Of a stretch of 64,000 nucleotides of DNA, positions 1-8,629 are shown piece by piece. The stretch comes from Alphaproteobacteria bacterium (lineage in GTDB: Bacteria > Pseudomonadota > Alphaproteobacteria > RF32 > CAG-239), in the NCBI GenBank assembly GCA_900767645.1, contig CAAFZY010000005.1, positions 28,986 through 92,985 of the forward strand, in the 5' to 3' direction. Under the pieces are notes generated by a model, which searched no databases, was not told where the DNA came from, and saw only the letters and a program-made list of their open reading frames with translations. The position numbers were made by a program, and so were the translations under genes. Every line of letters starts with the position of its first letter. Position 1 is the first letter of the stretch.

Positions 1-11
1 ATTTTAGCACT

Positions 12-428
12 TTGGCCATGGCGCAAGGAATAGAAATTTATGTTTTAAGCGGCGGATTTGAAAAAGATATTACAGAGTTTTTGCGACAACATCAAATTCC
101 TTACACTTATATTTGGTCGCTTGCGGATTATTTTGATAAAAACAAGCAACTTACTTATTTGTCGGACGGGTCGTTTAAGGTTGATAATAAATTGTGGAAC
201 GCTGCAAAAGCGGAATATTGCGAACAGCATGGCATAAATTTTCATATCGATGATTCGGTTTTATACGGCGAGCATTTTACCACGCCGTTTTGCTTATATG
301 ATGTTAAAAACAAAACTTGCTGTTTGCGCAATGATAACAGTATATGCGTCGATTTTAACAAATCGGCGCAAGAGGTATTGCATCAAATACTATCGGTGCT
401 GTCCGCCAGTTCCGGTAATTTTTGTTAG
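12..428 (+). CDS. hypothetical protein (TTG start; frame is open to the window edge, so it may be 5'-partial)
   Basis: 138-aa ORF with no recognisable motifs. There is no in-frame stop upstream within the window. Confidence 0.35.
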   Translation: MAMAQGIEIYVLSGGFEKDITEFLRQHQIPYTYIWSLADYFDKNKQLTYLSDGSFKVDNKLWNAAKAEYCEQHGINFHIDDSVLYGEHFTTPFCLYDVKNKTCCLRNDNSICVDFNKSAQEVLHQILSVLSASSGNFC

Positions 429-439
429 TCGTTTTTTTA

Positions 440-474
440 CAATATTTCCGAGTCGATGTTGTGTATAAGTTGTA
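440..474. repeat. 35-bp conserved noncoding motif, copy 1 (second copy at 56920-56954; the T-run before it is also shared)
   Basis: caatatttccgagtcgatgttgtgtataagttgta matches caatatttacgagtccgtgctgtgtataagttgta at 31 of 35 positions. Confidence 0.6.
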
Positions 475-557
475 ATAAAATTTTATCTGTTTTTTGTTGA
501 CCTTTAAGATAATTTTTTTATACTGGAGTTAATATCTAATTTTTAATTTATGTTATT

Positions 558-689
558 ATGTTTGACATCATTACAACGATAGTGTTTATTGTTTTCTTGA
601 TTTCTTGCGGTGTTATGGTGATTGCAACGCATGTTGAACAGATTTCACCGGAAGATTCTGAAAAAAAAGAAGAAAATGAAAAAAAGTAG
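558..689 (+). CDS. small hydrophobic peptide (43 aa, MFDIITTIVFIVFLISCGVMVIATHVEQISPEDSEKKEENEKK), below the ORF-track cutoff
   Basis: An ATG-to-TAG ORF read by eye. About 45 bp upstream is a near-consensus promoter, TTGACC-16-TATACT (about 497-524). The peptide has one predicted TM helix and a charged tail. Confidence 0.25.
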   Translation: MFDIITTIVFIVFLISCGVMVIATHVEQISPEDSEKKEENEKK

Positions 690-743
690 AAACAAATTGC
701 AAGCTGCCTTTCCTATGCCTAACCGCTAAGAACGCAGCTTTTT

Positions 744-1430
744 TTATTGCAATAACTCTCGGGTGTTTTGCTCCAGTTCTTTTATGCGGCGATAGTGTTT
801 GCCGCTTTTGGTATGTTTGTAAATATGCAGCAGTCGTGCGCAGATTTTTAAAATGTTTTCACCTTTTTCCAATACGGAGATGTTTTCCGCCATTACAAAA
901 GTTAGGGCATATTCTAAATATTTTGCTTGTAATTTGATGTCGTCGGTTTGTTTGGCAAGTTCTGTAAAAGCCTGCCTTTTCATACAATTTTCTTCCGATA
1001 TGGCAATTTGCTCCAAAATTTTACGACGACCGGTTTCGTCATGCATTTCAGTATAAATATGGGCCATTTTTTCAAGCGTTGCTCGTTTTTCAGAAGCCGT
1101 ATGGGCAAATGAGAGCGAATCGTGATAATATTGCAAGGCCTGTAAATAATTTTGTCGGTTGGGGTGTTTGGCATTTTTTATCATGAACATATCGCCGATG
1201 TTATTATAAGTCCAAAATAAAATTTGATGATGTTTAATGCTTTCATCATTGCGGCATTCGGAACGAGAAGTGCAATAATTAATGATGTTATTATATGCCA
1301 AAACCTTATCGTCAATATCAAGCATTAAATCGGCCCGTTTATGGGCTTGGCGGTATGCTTTAAGCAGATTATACGGTTCGGCGGCGCGCAGCATTTTGGT
1401 TTGCCTTATATGCCGCCGGTTTTGAGGCAA
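744..1430 (-). CDS. hypothetical protein
   Basis: 228-aa ORF with no recognised domain. The true start may be the internal Met at about 1394. Confidence 0.4.
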   Translation of the reverse strand: MPQNRRHIRQTKMLRAAEPYNLLKAYRQAHKRADLMLDIDDKVLAYNNIINYCTSRSECRNDESIKHHQILFWTYNNIGDMFMIKNAKHPNRQNYLQALQYYHDSLSFAHTASEKRATLEKMAHIYTEMHDETGRRKILEQIAISEENCMKRQAFTELAKQTDDIKLQAKYLEYALTFVMAENISVLEKGENILKICARLLHIYKHTKSGKHYRRIKELEQNTRELLQ

Positions 1431-1738
1431 TAATCATGGTGGTTAAGCCCGTATTTTCGGTAAATTTGGCATTTTTCGCATAAGCAGCCGCGGTCAAGAT
1501 GAATACAATTGCTTTTTTCAAAAGCGCAAAACATTTTTTCATAGTGTTCGGTGTTTTTAAAATCGGTGTCAGAACGATTAATGTTTTTTTGCGCATTTTT
1601 TAATTTGCAAACCGGCGAATAAGACGGGCAATATAAACAAATGCAATGAGCTAAATTTTCAGAAGTTTTATCTACTTTCATGGTATTCTCCTTTGATTGA
1701 CATATTATGGAGATATGCCCTGAAAGATTTAAAAACAA
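1406..1738 (-). CDS. Cys-rich protein, DUF2769-like (CICxYCPSY ... GCLCEKCxIY ... YC pattern)
   Basis: Cysteine spacing is reminiscent of DUF2769 proteins. The likely start is the internal Met at about 1681. Confidence 0.4.
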   Translation of the reverse strand: MFLNLSGHISIICQSKENTMKVDKTSENLAHCICLYCPSYSPVCKLKNAQKNINRSDTDFKNTEHYEKMFCAFEKSNCIHLDRGCLCEKCQIYRKYGLNHHDYCLKTGGI

Positions 1739-1762
1739 GCCGAGGGCTACATAGACTTATGT

Positions 1763-2050
1763 TTAAATGCGCTCAAAAATGCCGTCGGTTATTTGGGGCA
1801 AGAAAAAATTGGTGATTGATGGTTTAAATTCAATTCCGTCAACCCGCGCCAACCAAGGTCCTTTATGGCAGGCAATTACCATATCTTCAATATGTTGCGC
1901 ATCGCCTCGCATTAAAATCTCAACACTGCCGTCTTCAGCATTGCGCACCCAGCCCGAAATTCCGCCGATTTGCAGAGCTTGTTTTTCAGCCCATCGGCGA
2001 AATCCGACACCTTGTACGCGGCCTTTGATTTTTAAATAAACTTCTTTCAT
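1763..2050 (-). CDS. acyP: acylphosphatase
   Basis: 95 aa with VQGVGFR and GWVRN..DGSVE motifs. Confidence 0.7.
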   Translation of the reverse strand: MKEVYLKIKGRVQGVGFRRWAEKQALQIGGISGWVRNAEDGSVEILMRGDAQHIEDMVIACHKGPWLARVDGIEFKPSITNFFLPQITDGIFERI

Positions 2051-2544
2051 TGGTATAAATATTTTTCAGCGCTGATAAGCGAATCTTTAATGCTGTTGCG
2101 ACGGGCTTCGGCTACCGGTTCGCTACCCCACTTTCGAGCCTGATAAAGTTCTTCAAGTTCAGAAAGTTCAAATGCTTCTGTGGCGTTAATATGCCCTTTA
2201 ATCAAGGCAACCGCCAATAAAACCGAGCGCATATTTAGCGCGGCAATATAAAAAGAAGTTAATTCTTTATCAGATAATCCGTCTAAATATTTTTTAAGCT
2301 CATTGATGGCCTTTTTATCGGATTTTTCAGGCTCCAGCGAGGTGGTTTGCTTAAAACGAGCATTGAGTGTTTCATCAACCCATCTTAAAATCGGCAACCA
2401 TTTTTCTTGCTGTTCTTTTTTAACTTCTTTATCAGAACTCCAAAACAACAGCACATCATTTAAGGCAAAATTAACCAATCGGTCAATAATTTCAGCGCGG
2501 TGTTGTTTAATATCTTTTTCAACTTGTTGAAGGTTTTGTTGCAT
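2047..2544 (-). CDS. ATP12-family chaperone-like protein (short)
   Basis: C-terminal LLAVALIKGHINATEAFELSELEELYQARKWGSEP resembles the conserved ATP12 C-terminus. Confidence 0.4.
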   Translation of the reverse strand: MQQNLQQVEKDIKQHRAEIIDRLVNFALNDVLLFWSSDKEVKKEQQEKWLPILRWVDETLNARFKQTTSLEPEKSDKKAINELKKYLDGLSDKELTSFYIAALNMRSVLLAVALIKGHINATEAFELSELEELYQARKWGSEPVAEARRNSIKDSLISAEKYLYQ

Positions 2545-2546
2545 AA

Positions 2547-4646
2547 TTATTTCCTCTTTTTGAACATTTTTAACACATCTTTGGCGGTGTCGGTTAAGGC
2601 GTCAACGCCGTCGGATATAACTTTATCGGTGCTTTGGTAAGCGTTTTGACCGGCGGCTTTAACTCCTTTCGGTGCCGGAAACATCGCTTGATATTCGGTT
2701 CCGTTTAATGCGGTGTAGCAAGGAGTTTCATCGGCATCAAGCACTAATTGCGAACCCAAAAAGGCAGGACCGGCCGTGGCGACGCCGACCACATTTTTAA
2801 TTACGGCAGAGTTGTCTAAAGTAATTTTGGGGTTTTGCACGGTGCCGGCAACTTTAACCAAAGATGACAACGCTTGCGCAACATTGGTATCGGCAAGCTT
2901 GCCGTTAAACGGGTGAATACTGAAGTTCAGCTTATCATTTTTAAGGTTTAAGCTCCCATTGCTGACCACGGTTATTTGCTTGGAATTGAAAACGATGCCT
3001 TTCGGAAAATTTACTTTGCCGTTGCTGATGTCGCCGCGGACAACCGCGCAGGTTAAAGCCAAGCGCTTATCAAGCTTTTGCAGTTTAAGGGTGCTTAAAA
3101 GCTGGGTAACAAAGTTTCCGGTTAAATAACGCAAAGCGCCGGTCTGAATTTCAGATTCGCCGATTATGGTTATAATTTGCCCGTCTAAACTTTCGGTCAA
3201 TTTGCGAACGGTTGCCCCTTGCCCGTGTAAATTTAGCATAACCAACGAGTTTCCGCCGGAGATAATACCGAAGTTTTTATCATTGGTAACGGCAAGCGGA
3301 GACCATAATTTTTGCAAAACAATATCTTTACCGGTAAGCGAGGCATTAACAAAGTTGCCGTTGGCATTAAGACTTATCGCGCCGTTAATGTTGCCGCCGC
3401 CGGCATTAAGGGTAAGCGGCGAAACGTTTAGCACACCGTTATTTAAGGCAGCTTTAAGGCTGATGTTGTTAAAACTTAAAGTATCGTCAACCACAAACTG
3501 TTTGATATTGGCGGTCAGATTAGCGTTTAATAAATTAAGCGGGCTTAAATCAAGCGGAGTGTCGGGCACAAATTCAGCCGCGTTGGCGCCGGCAATTAAA
3601 TTAAAATTAAACGCCGTAGTTTGCGGTTTGGCGGTTAGTGTTTGCAGGTTAAGCAAATTACTTTGCAGATTGGCGTTTATAAACGGTTTGCTTGAGGATA
3701 AATCAGCGCTGACAACGCCGTTTAACATATTGCCGTTGACGTTAAGTTTTTTAATTTCGGCATTAATTTGTTGCATATTGCCGTTAAAATCAGTGTTGAT
3801 AAACATATCGGGAGCGCCGAAATTTCCGGCCGGATTACGGGCTTCTAAATTACCGCTGAAAGCAATGTCGTCAAATATATTTGCTAACATAACATCAGCT
3901 TTTGCAGTGGCGCCGAAAGCTTTAACATCGGCTTTAACCGGATACTTCGCGGCTTTTTTAAGCAATGAATTAATTGAGCCGGCAATAACGGTTCCGCTGA
4001 TATTTTGATTATTAGCGTCCACATTAAACGCAATATTCAAATCAGAATCCATATCCTCGCTTTTAAGGCTGAAACTATTAATCACAATATTTTCGGTTTT
4101 ATCGCTTTGCATATCCTGATAAACAACTTTGGCATTTTCAATGTTAAAACTTTTTGCCACAAATCCGGCAAGTAACGGTGTGGCGGCAACGGCAGCGGCT
4201 TTTTTGTCGTTTTTATTTTCAGCCTTGAACTGTTTATTTGCCGTCGGCTTGGTAAAGTTCCAGTTTGGTGTGCCGTCGGCATTAATCGCCAAATTAATTT
4301 CAGGGTTAATTAAATTTACGGTGTTAATCACCACTTCTTTTTTAAGCAGAGGCAAAACAGCAAACGAAACTTCAATATTTTTGGCGCTTACCATATTCGG
4401 TGTTTCCGCCCATTCGGCATTGGCAAATGAAACGTCATTTAACACAATGGTCGGAACCAACGATATTTTTAAGCCGGCGTTTCCGGCTAAGGATAATTTG
4501 CGTCCGGTTTGCTCATAAGCAATTTTTTCGGCATAAGATTTATATTTGTTCAAATCAAATGTTTTGATAAAAACAAAACCGCCGATAACAAGCGCCGCCA
4601 CTAAAAATAAAACAGTCGCAAAAATAACTTTCAGCAATTTTTTCAT
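2547..4646 (-). CDS. asmA: AsmA-family outer-membrane assembly protein
   Basis: 699 aa with an N-terminal TM anchor and a typical AsmA N-domain (KISLVPTIVLNDVSF ...). Confidence 0.7.
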   Translation of the reverse strand: MKKLLKVIFATVLFLVAALVIGGFVFIKTFDLNKYKSYAEKIAYEQTGRKLSLAGNAGLKISLVPTIVLNDVSFANAEWAETPNMVSAKNIEVSFAVLPLLKKEVVINTVNLINPEINLAINADGTPNWNFTKPTANKQFKAENKNDKKAAAVAATPLLAGFVAKSFNIENAKVVYQDMQSDKTENIVINSFSLKSEDMDSDLNIAFNVDANNQNISGTVIAGSINSLLKKAAKYPVKADVKAFGATAKADVMLANIFDDIAFSGNLEARNPAGNFGAPDMFINTDFNGNMQQINAEIKKLNVNGNMLNGVVSADLSSSKPFINANLQSNLLNLQTLTAKPQTTAFNFNLIAGANAAEFVPDTPLDLSPLNLLNANLTANIKQFVVDDTLSFNNISLKAALNNGVLNVSPLTLNAGGGNINGAISLNANGNFVNASLTGKDIVLQKLWSPLAVTNDKNFGIISGGNSLVMLNLHGQGATVRKLTESLDGQIITIIGESEIQTGALRYLTGNFVTQLLSTLKLQKLDKRLALTCAVVRGDISNGKVNFPKGIVFNSKQITVVSNGSLNLKNDKLNFSIHPFNGKLADTNVAQALSSLVKVAGTVQNPKITLDNSAVIKNVVGVATAGPAFLGSQLVLDADETPCYTALNGTEYQAMFPAPKGVKAAGQNAYQSTDKVISDGVDALTDTAKDVLKMFKKRK

Positions 4647-4650
4647 GGAA

Positions 4651-5583
4651 TTATTTCTCCTTAAAATTTAACCCTAAAAATTTAATGTCATTTTTAAAAT
4701 AGTCAGGCAGAGGGGCTTTGACAACCAGCTTTTTATTATAAACCGGCGATAAGTCGATTTTATAAGCATGCAAATGCAGCTTTGAACTTAATTCAGGAAA
4801 GCGCTTGCGCGATTGTCCGAAATATTTGTTGTCGCCTAAAATGGGGCAACCGGCGCATTCCATGTGCGCGCGAATCTGGTGGGTGCGTCCGGTTAAAGGT
4901 TCCGCGGTTAAAAGGGTGAATTTTTCTCCGGCAGTATCTAAAACCTTAAAACGAGTTACGGCTTTTTTACCTTCATCGCTCGGCTCCATTTTTTCACCTA
5001 CTTTATCGAGCGCAATTTTAATTTCGCCTTCGGGATTTTTAAGATTGCCGATAGCAAGCACCAAATAAGTTTTTTGCAACATATGCTCGCGAAAAGCTTT
5101 GGTTAAAAGTTCGGCATAGCGGCGGTTGCGAGCAAGCACTAAAACGCCGCTGGTGTCTTTGTCAATGCGGTGAACAAGTTTGGGTTTTTCGGAATTTTCA
5201 AATTTTAATGCTTCAAGCATGCCGTCAATGTGGCGGTCGGTATTGGTTCCGCCTTGCACAGCCAATCCCGACGGTTTGTTTAATACAATAATGTTGTCAT
5301 CTTTGAAAATAACCATAGATTGAATAAAATCAGTGTCGGATTTTGAAACCACATCCGGATTTTTAATTGCTTTTTCGTTGTCAAGCGGAGGCAGGCGCAA
5401 TTCCTGCCCCGCACTTAAACGAGTGTTGGCCTCGGCTTTTTTGCCGTCAACTTTAATTTGTTTGGTGCGCAAAAGTTTTTGCAATCTGCCCAAAGTAAGA
5501 GAAGGATATTCTTTTAAAAACCAGCGATTAAGTCTGATACCGTCATCTTCCGGTTTGATTTTTACAAAAGTTACGCCTGACAT
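4651..5583 (-). CDS. rluC: 23S rRNA pseudouridine synthase, RluC/RluD family
   Basis: S4 domain followed by the HRIDKDTSGVLVLA catalytic motif and GRTHQIRAH. Confidence 0.8.
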   Translation of the reverse strand: MSGVTFVKIKPEDDGIRLNRWFLKEYPSLTLGRLQKLLRTKQIKVDGKKAEANTRLSAGQELRLPPLDNEKAIKNPDVVSKSDTDFIQSMVIFKDDNIIVLNKPSGLAVQGGTNTDRHIDGMLEALKFENSEKPKLVHRIDKDTSGVLVLARNRRYAELLTKAFREHMLQKTYLVLAIGNLKNPEGEIKIALDKVGEKMEPSDEGKKAVTRFKVLDTAGEKFTLLTAEPLTGRTHQIRAHMECAGCPILGDNKYFGQSRKRFPELSSKLHLHAYKIDLSPVYNKKLVVKAPLPDYFKNDIKFLGLNFKEK

Positions 5584-5599
5584 TTATTTCTCACATAAG

Positions 5600-5896
5600 T
5601 TAATATGAACGGGTTTTACTTGTGCTTTTAACGGCTTTCATATTGTCGGCGCGGTTAAGCCTGAAGTTTAATTTGTGTAAAATCTGGTTGGCTCTGGACG
5701 GAGTAATATTAGCGGGTAAAACTCCGTTTAAACGATCAATGTGGGCGTTGTCCAAATTTTCAGATAAAGCCTGCAGCCCGTCTTCGTCTTTAACCACAAC
5801 TGCGGCGCCGTGCTCGGCGGCATTGGCAATAATATCTGTCGACAAAGCATCGGCAGTTTGCGGATTTACAATCAGCACATGATTATATTCAGTCAT
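5600..5896 (-). CDS. hypothetical protein (99 aa from MTEYNH)
   Basis: The ORF is trimmed to the internal Met so that it abuts rarA rather than overlapping it. Confidence 0.35.
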   Translation of the reverse strand: MTEYNHVLIVNPQTADALSTDIIANAAEHGAAVVVKDEDGLQALSENLDNAHIDRLNGVLPANITPSRANQILHKLNFRLNRADNMKAVKSTSKTRSY

Positions 5897-7214
5897 TTTT
5901 AATATCCTTCTTTTGTTTTTGTTGTTTTTCACGGCGCAGATTATCAAAATAATCAATCCGTTTTTTAATTTCGCGCTCAAAGCCGCGTTCAACCGGATAA
6001 TATAACTTCACCCGATTAATACCGTCCGGAAAATAATTTTGACCCGAAAATCCGTCTTCCAGATCTTGGTCATAAACATAACCGTCGTGGTATCCGAGTT
6101 GTTTCATTAATTTGGTCGGAGCATTTAAAATGTGCTTAGGCGGCATTAAAGAGCCGGTTTGTTTGGCCAGCTCAAACGCTTTGTGCATAGCCTTGTAAAC
6201 GCCGGCCGATTTAGGCGCGGTTGCCAAATAGGCAACAAGCTGCATAATGGCAAGCTCGCCTTCCGGTGAGCCCAAGCGTTCATAAACTTCAGCGCAAGAT
6301 AAAGCTTGAGTAACGGCGTTAGGATCGGCAAGCGAAACATCTTCAACCGAAAACCTGATTAAACGTCGCAAAATATAACGCGGGTCTTCGCCCGATGAAA
6401 GCATGCGCGCAACCCAGTATAAAGCGGCGTCAACATCGGAGCCGCGCAACGATTTATGTACCGCGGAAATAAGATTGTAGTGTCCGTCGCGCCCTTTATC
6501 ATATACCGGCGCGCGGGAACGAATAATATTTACAATGTTATCTTTGTTAAAAATTTCGCCTTCTTTGGCATAGGACCAAACGCTTTCCGCCAAATTAAGA
6601 ATATATCGGCCGTCACCGTCGGCAGTTTCTTTCATTAATTGACGAGCCTCATCATCAACCGGTAACTTGCGTCCGATTTCTTTTTCGGCGCGCTGTAATA
6701 AAATTTCAAAATCATCAGAAGTCAGGCGGTTCAAAACAAATACCTGACAGCGTGAAAGCAAAGCGGCATTAAGTTCAAATGACGGGTTTTCAGTGGTGGC
6801 TCCGACCAAAATTACCGTGCCGTCTTCAACGTAAGGCAAAAAGCCGTCTTGTTGTGATTTGTTGAAGCGATGAATTTCATCAACAAACAGCAAAGTGCCT
6901 TTACCTTGAGTGGCGCGACGTTCTTGAGCATATTGAAAGACGCGTTTTAAATCAGCCACACCGGAAAATACGGCGGAAATTTGCTCAAAATATAAATTGG
7001 TATGCTCAGCAATTAAGCGGGCGATGGTGGTTTTGCCGCACCCCGGAGGTCCCCACAAAATAAAAGAAGAAATTTTGCCGGAGGCAAGCATGCGGCCGAG
7101 CGGGGCATTGGCTCCGACAATATGATTCTGTCCCACAACTTCGGCTAAAGTTTGCGGACGGAGCCTGTCGGCTAAAGGCCTTTTGACCTGATTTGAAAAA
7201 AGCGTTTCTTCCAT
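5889..7214 (-). CDS. rarA: replication-associated recombination protein A (AAA+ ATPase)
   Basis: GPPGCGKTT Walker A and length and layout typical of RarA/MgsA. Confidence 0.85.
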   Translation of the reverse strand: MEETLFSNQVKRPLADRLRPQTLAEVVGQNHIVGANAPLGRMLASGKISSFILWGPPGCGKTTIARLIAEHTNLYFEQISAVFSGVADLKRVFQYAQERRATQGKGTLLFVDEIHRFNKSQQDGFLPYVEDGTVILVGATTENPSFELNAALLSRCQVFVLNRLTSDDFEILLQRAEKEIGRKLPVDDEARQLMKETADGDGRYILNLAESVWSYAKEGEIFNKDNIVNIIRSRAPVYDKGRDGHYNLISAVHKSLRGSDVDAALYWVARMLSSGEDPRYILRRLIRFSVEDVSLADPNAVTQALSCAEVYERLGSPEGELAIMQLVAYLATAPKSAGVYKAMHKAFELAKQTGSLMPPKHILNAPTKLMKQLGYHDGYVYDQDLEDGFSGQNYFPDGINRVKLYYPVERGFEREIKKRIDYFDNLRREKQQKQKKDIKND

Positions 7215-7310
7215 AATTACAGCTATAATATCCGGATAAATTTTCAGTATGCGAATAATACCACAAATTTTGTTTTCAACAACATTTATTTTGCGGATTT
7301 TTAAATAAAT

Positions 7311-8564
7311 TTAACCGCGGGTGCGTTCACCGCGCGAGCGCATCATTTGGGCAGTATCAATGACTGAGGAGCGAACGCTTTCAGATTTTGCGCTTTGTAA
7401 AAATTTTTCTTTTGCCTGTCGCAATTTTTCTTCTTTTTCGCGACGTTGGGCTTGTTCATAACCTTCATAATCGGTTAAATCAATGCTTTTTTCTTCTTTT
7501 TTATCTTCCATGCGCATTTCACGAACTTCACGTTTACGCGCTTCAATTACGCGGCGCATTTCTTCATTGTGTTCTTTGGCGAGTTTATCTTCTTTTTCTT
7601 CAGTGGTTTTATGGAATTGTTCTAAAATTTCTTCATCTTTAGGTTCCGGCTTGCCGGCAATGGCGCGATAGATTTGTTTGCTTGATTTTAGAAGTTGCTC
7701 AATGGTTATTCCGGGGTGCTTGGTTAAATCAAGGGTGCCGGCGGAACCTCTGCCGTTAAATAAGGGGCTGAAGTCAATACCGCGCAGCCGAGAGCGCTTC
7801 TTCTTCGGAGCTAAAATTTGTTTTAATTCTTTGGGCGTCGGCATACGACCCAAAGCTTGAGCAATTTGCTCTACGCTGATAATACATTCGCTCAAGTCAA
7901 GTTCAAAAATATTTACGCCGGTAAAATCAACGCCGGTAAAATCAACCCCGCGCAGGTTTACAAAACGCAAGTCGATTTTGGAAAAGTCGAGCAAAGTTAA
8001 GTTCATGCGGCTTAAATTTAATTTGTGCGGGTAATAAACCGCCAAATATTCCACCAATGCCTGCAGTTCTTCAATGGCCAAACGGTCCATTTCAACGTTT
8101 AGCAAAATGGCGTCTTGAATATCGGCGTCAACCAAAACAACGCCGTTCATTTTGGCGCCGGTAAAGTTGGTTCCGCGTAATTTTGCCGATGAAAAGACTG
8201 CGCCGTTTAAGTTGGCGCCTGATAAGTCGGCTCCGGACAAGTCGGCTCCGGTAAAGTCAGCGCCTTCCAAATCTGATTTGGAAAAGTCGGTTTCTTTTAA
8301 GTCAGAACCGGAAAAGCTTGCTCCTTTTAAGCTTTCGCCGCTGTATTTGCCGCCGCGTAAAACTTTGCCGCTGAAGTTAAAGCCCGTGTCAAGCGGAACG
8401 CGATTATAAGTTCCGTTGTTTTGAGTGTCGGTAATTTCGGAAATGGCTTGCCACGAAAAATTATTTTTATACATTTGCTCAACGTCAAGCATGTCGCCAT
8501 CACGCGCCGCGCGGGCTTTTTCGCGTATTCCGTCAAGGTTAAATGTTTTTTTAAAATCAGCCAT
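7311..8564 (-). CDS. pentapeptide-repeat protein with a Lys/Glu-rich C-terminal tail
   Basis: Runs of A(D/N)LSGADLSGANL/FTGVDF pentapeptide repeats, followed by a tail of about 100 aa with charged heptad-like sequence. Confidence 0.75.
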   Translation of the reverse strand: MADFKKTFNLDGIREKARAARDGDMLDVEQMYKNNFSWQAISEITDTQNNGTYNRVPLDTGFNFSGKVLRGGKYSGESLKGASFSGSDLKETDFSKSDLEGADFTGADLSGADLSGANLNGAVFSSAKLRGTNFTGAKMNGVVLVDADIQDAILLNVEMDRLAIEELQALVEYLAVYYPHKLNLSRMNLTLLDFSKIDLRFVNLRGVDFTGVDFTGVNIFELDLSECIISVEQIAQALGRMPTPKELKQILAPKKKRSRLRGIDFSPLFNGRGSAGTLDLTKHPGITIEQLLKSSKQIYRAIAGKPEPKDEEILEQFHKTTEEKEDKLAKEHNEEMRRVIEARKREVREMRMEDKKEEKSIDLTDYEGYEQAQRREKEEKLRQAKEKFLQSAKSESVRSSVIDTAQMMRSRGERTRG

Positions 8565-8629
8565 CTTGTCAGCCCCGATTTAAACTAAAAATATCATAGC
8601 TTAATTTTTGTTTTTTTACAAATAAAATT

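Noticed and set aside
3166-4008. 280-aa antisense ORF inside asmA, with similar long antisense ORFs in rnd (18821..19390) and aspS (16437..16874)
   Set aside because: These shadow ORFs lie opposite well-supported genes. Their composition is low-complexity and no motifs were recognised.
8152-8409. 85-aa ORF with a KSAPDKSAPVKSAP repeat, antisense to the pentapeptide-repeat gene
   Set aside because: It is a mirror-image artefact of the pentapeptide repeats on the other strand.
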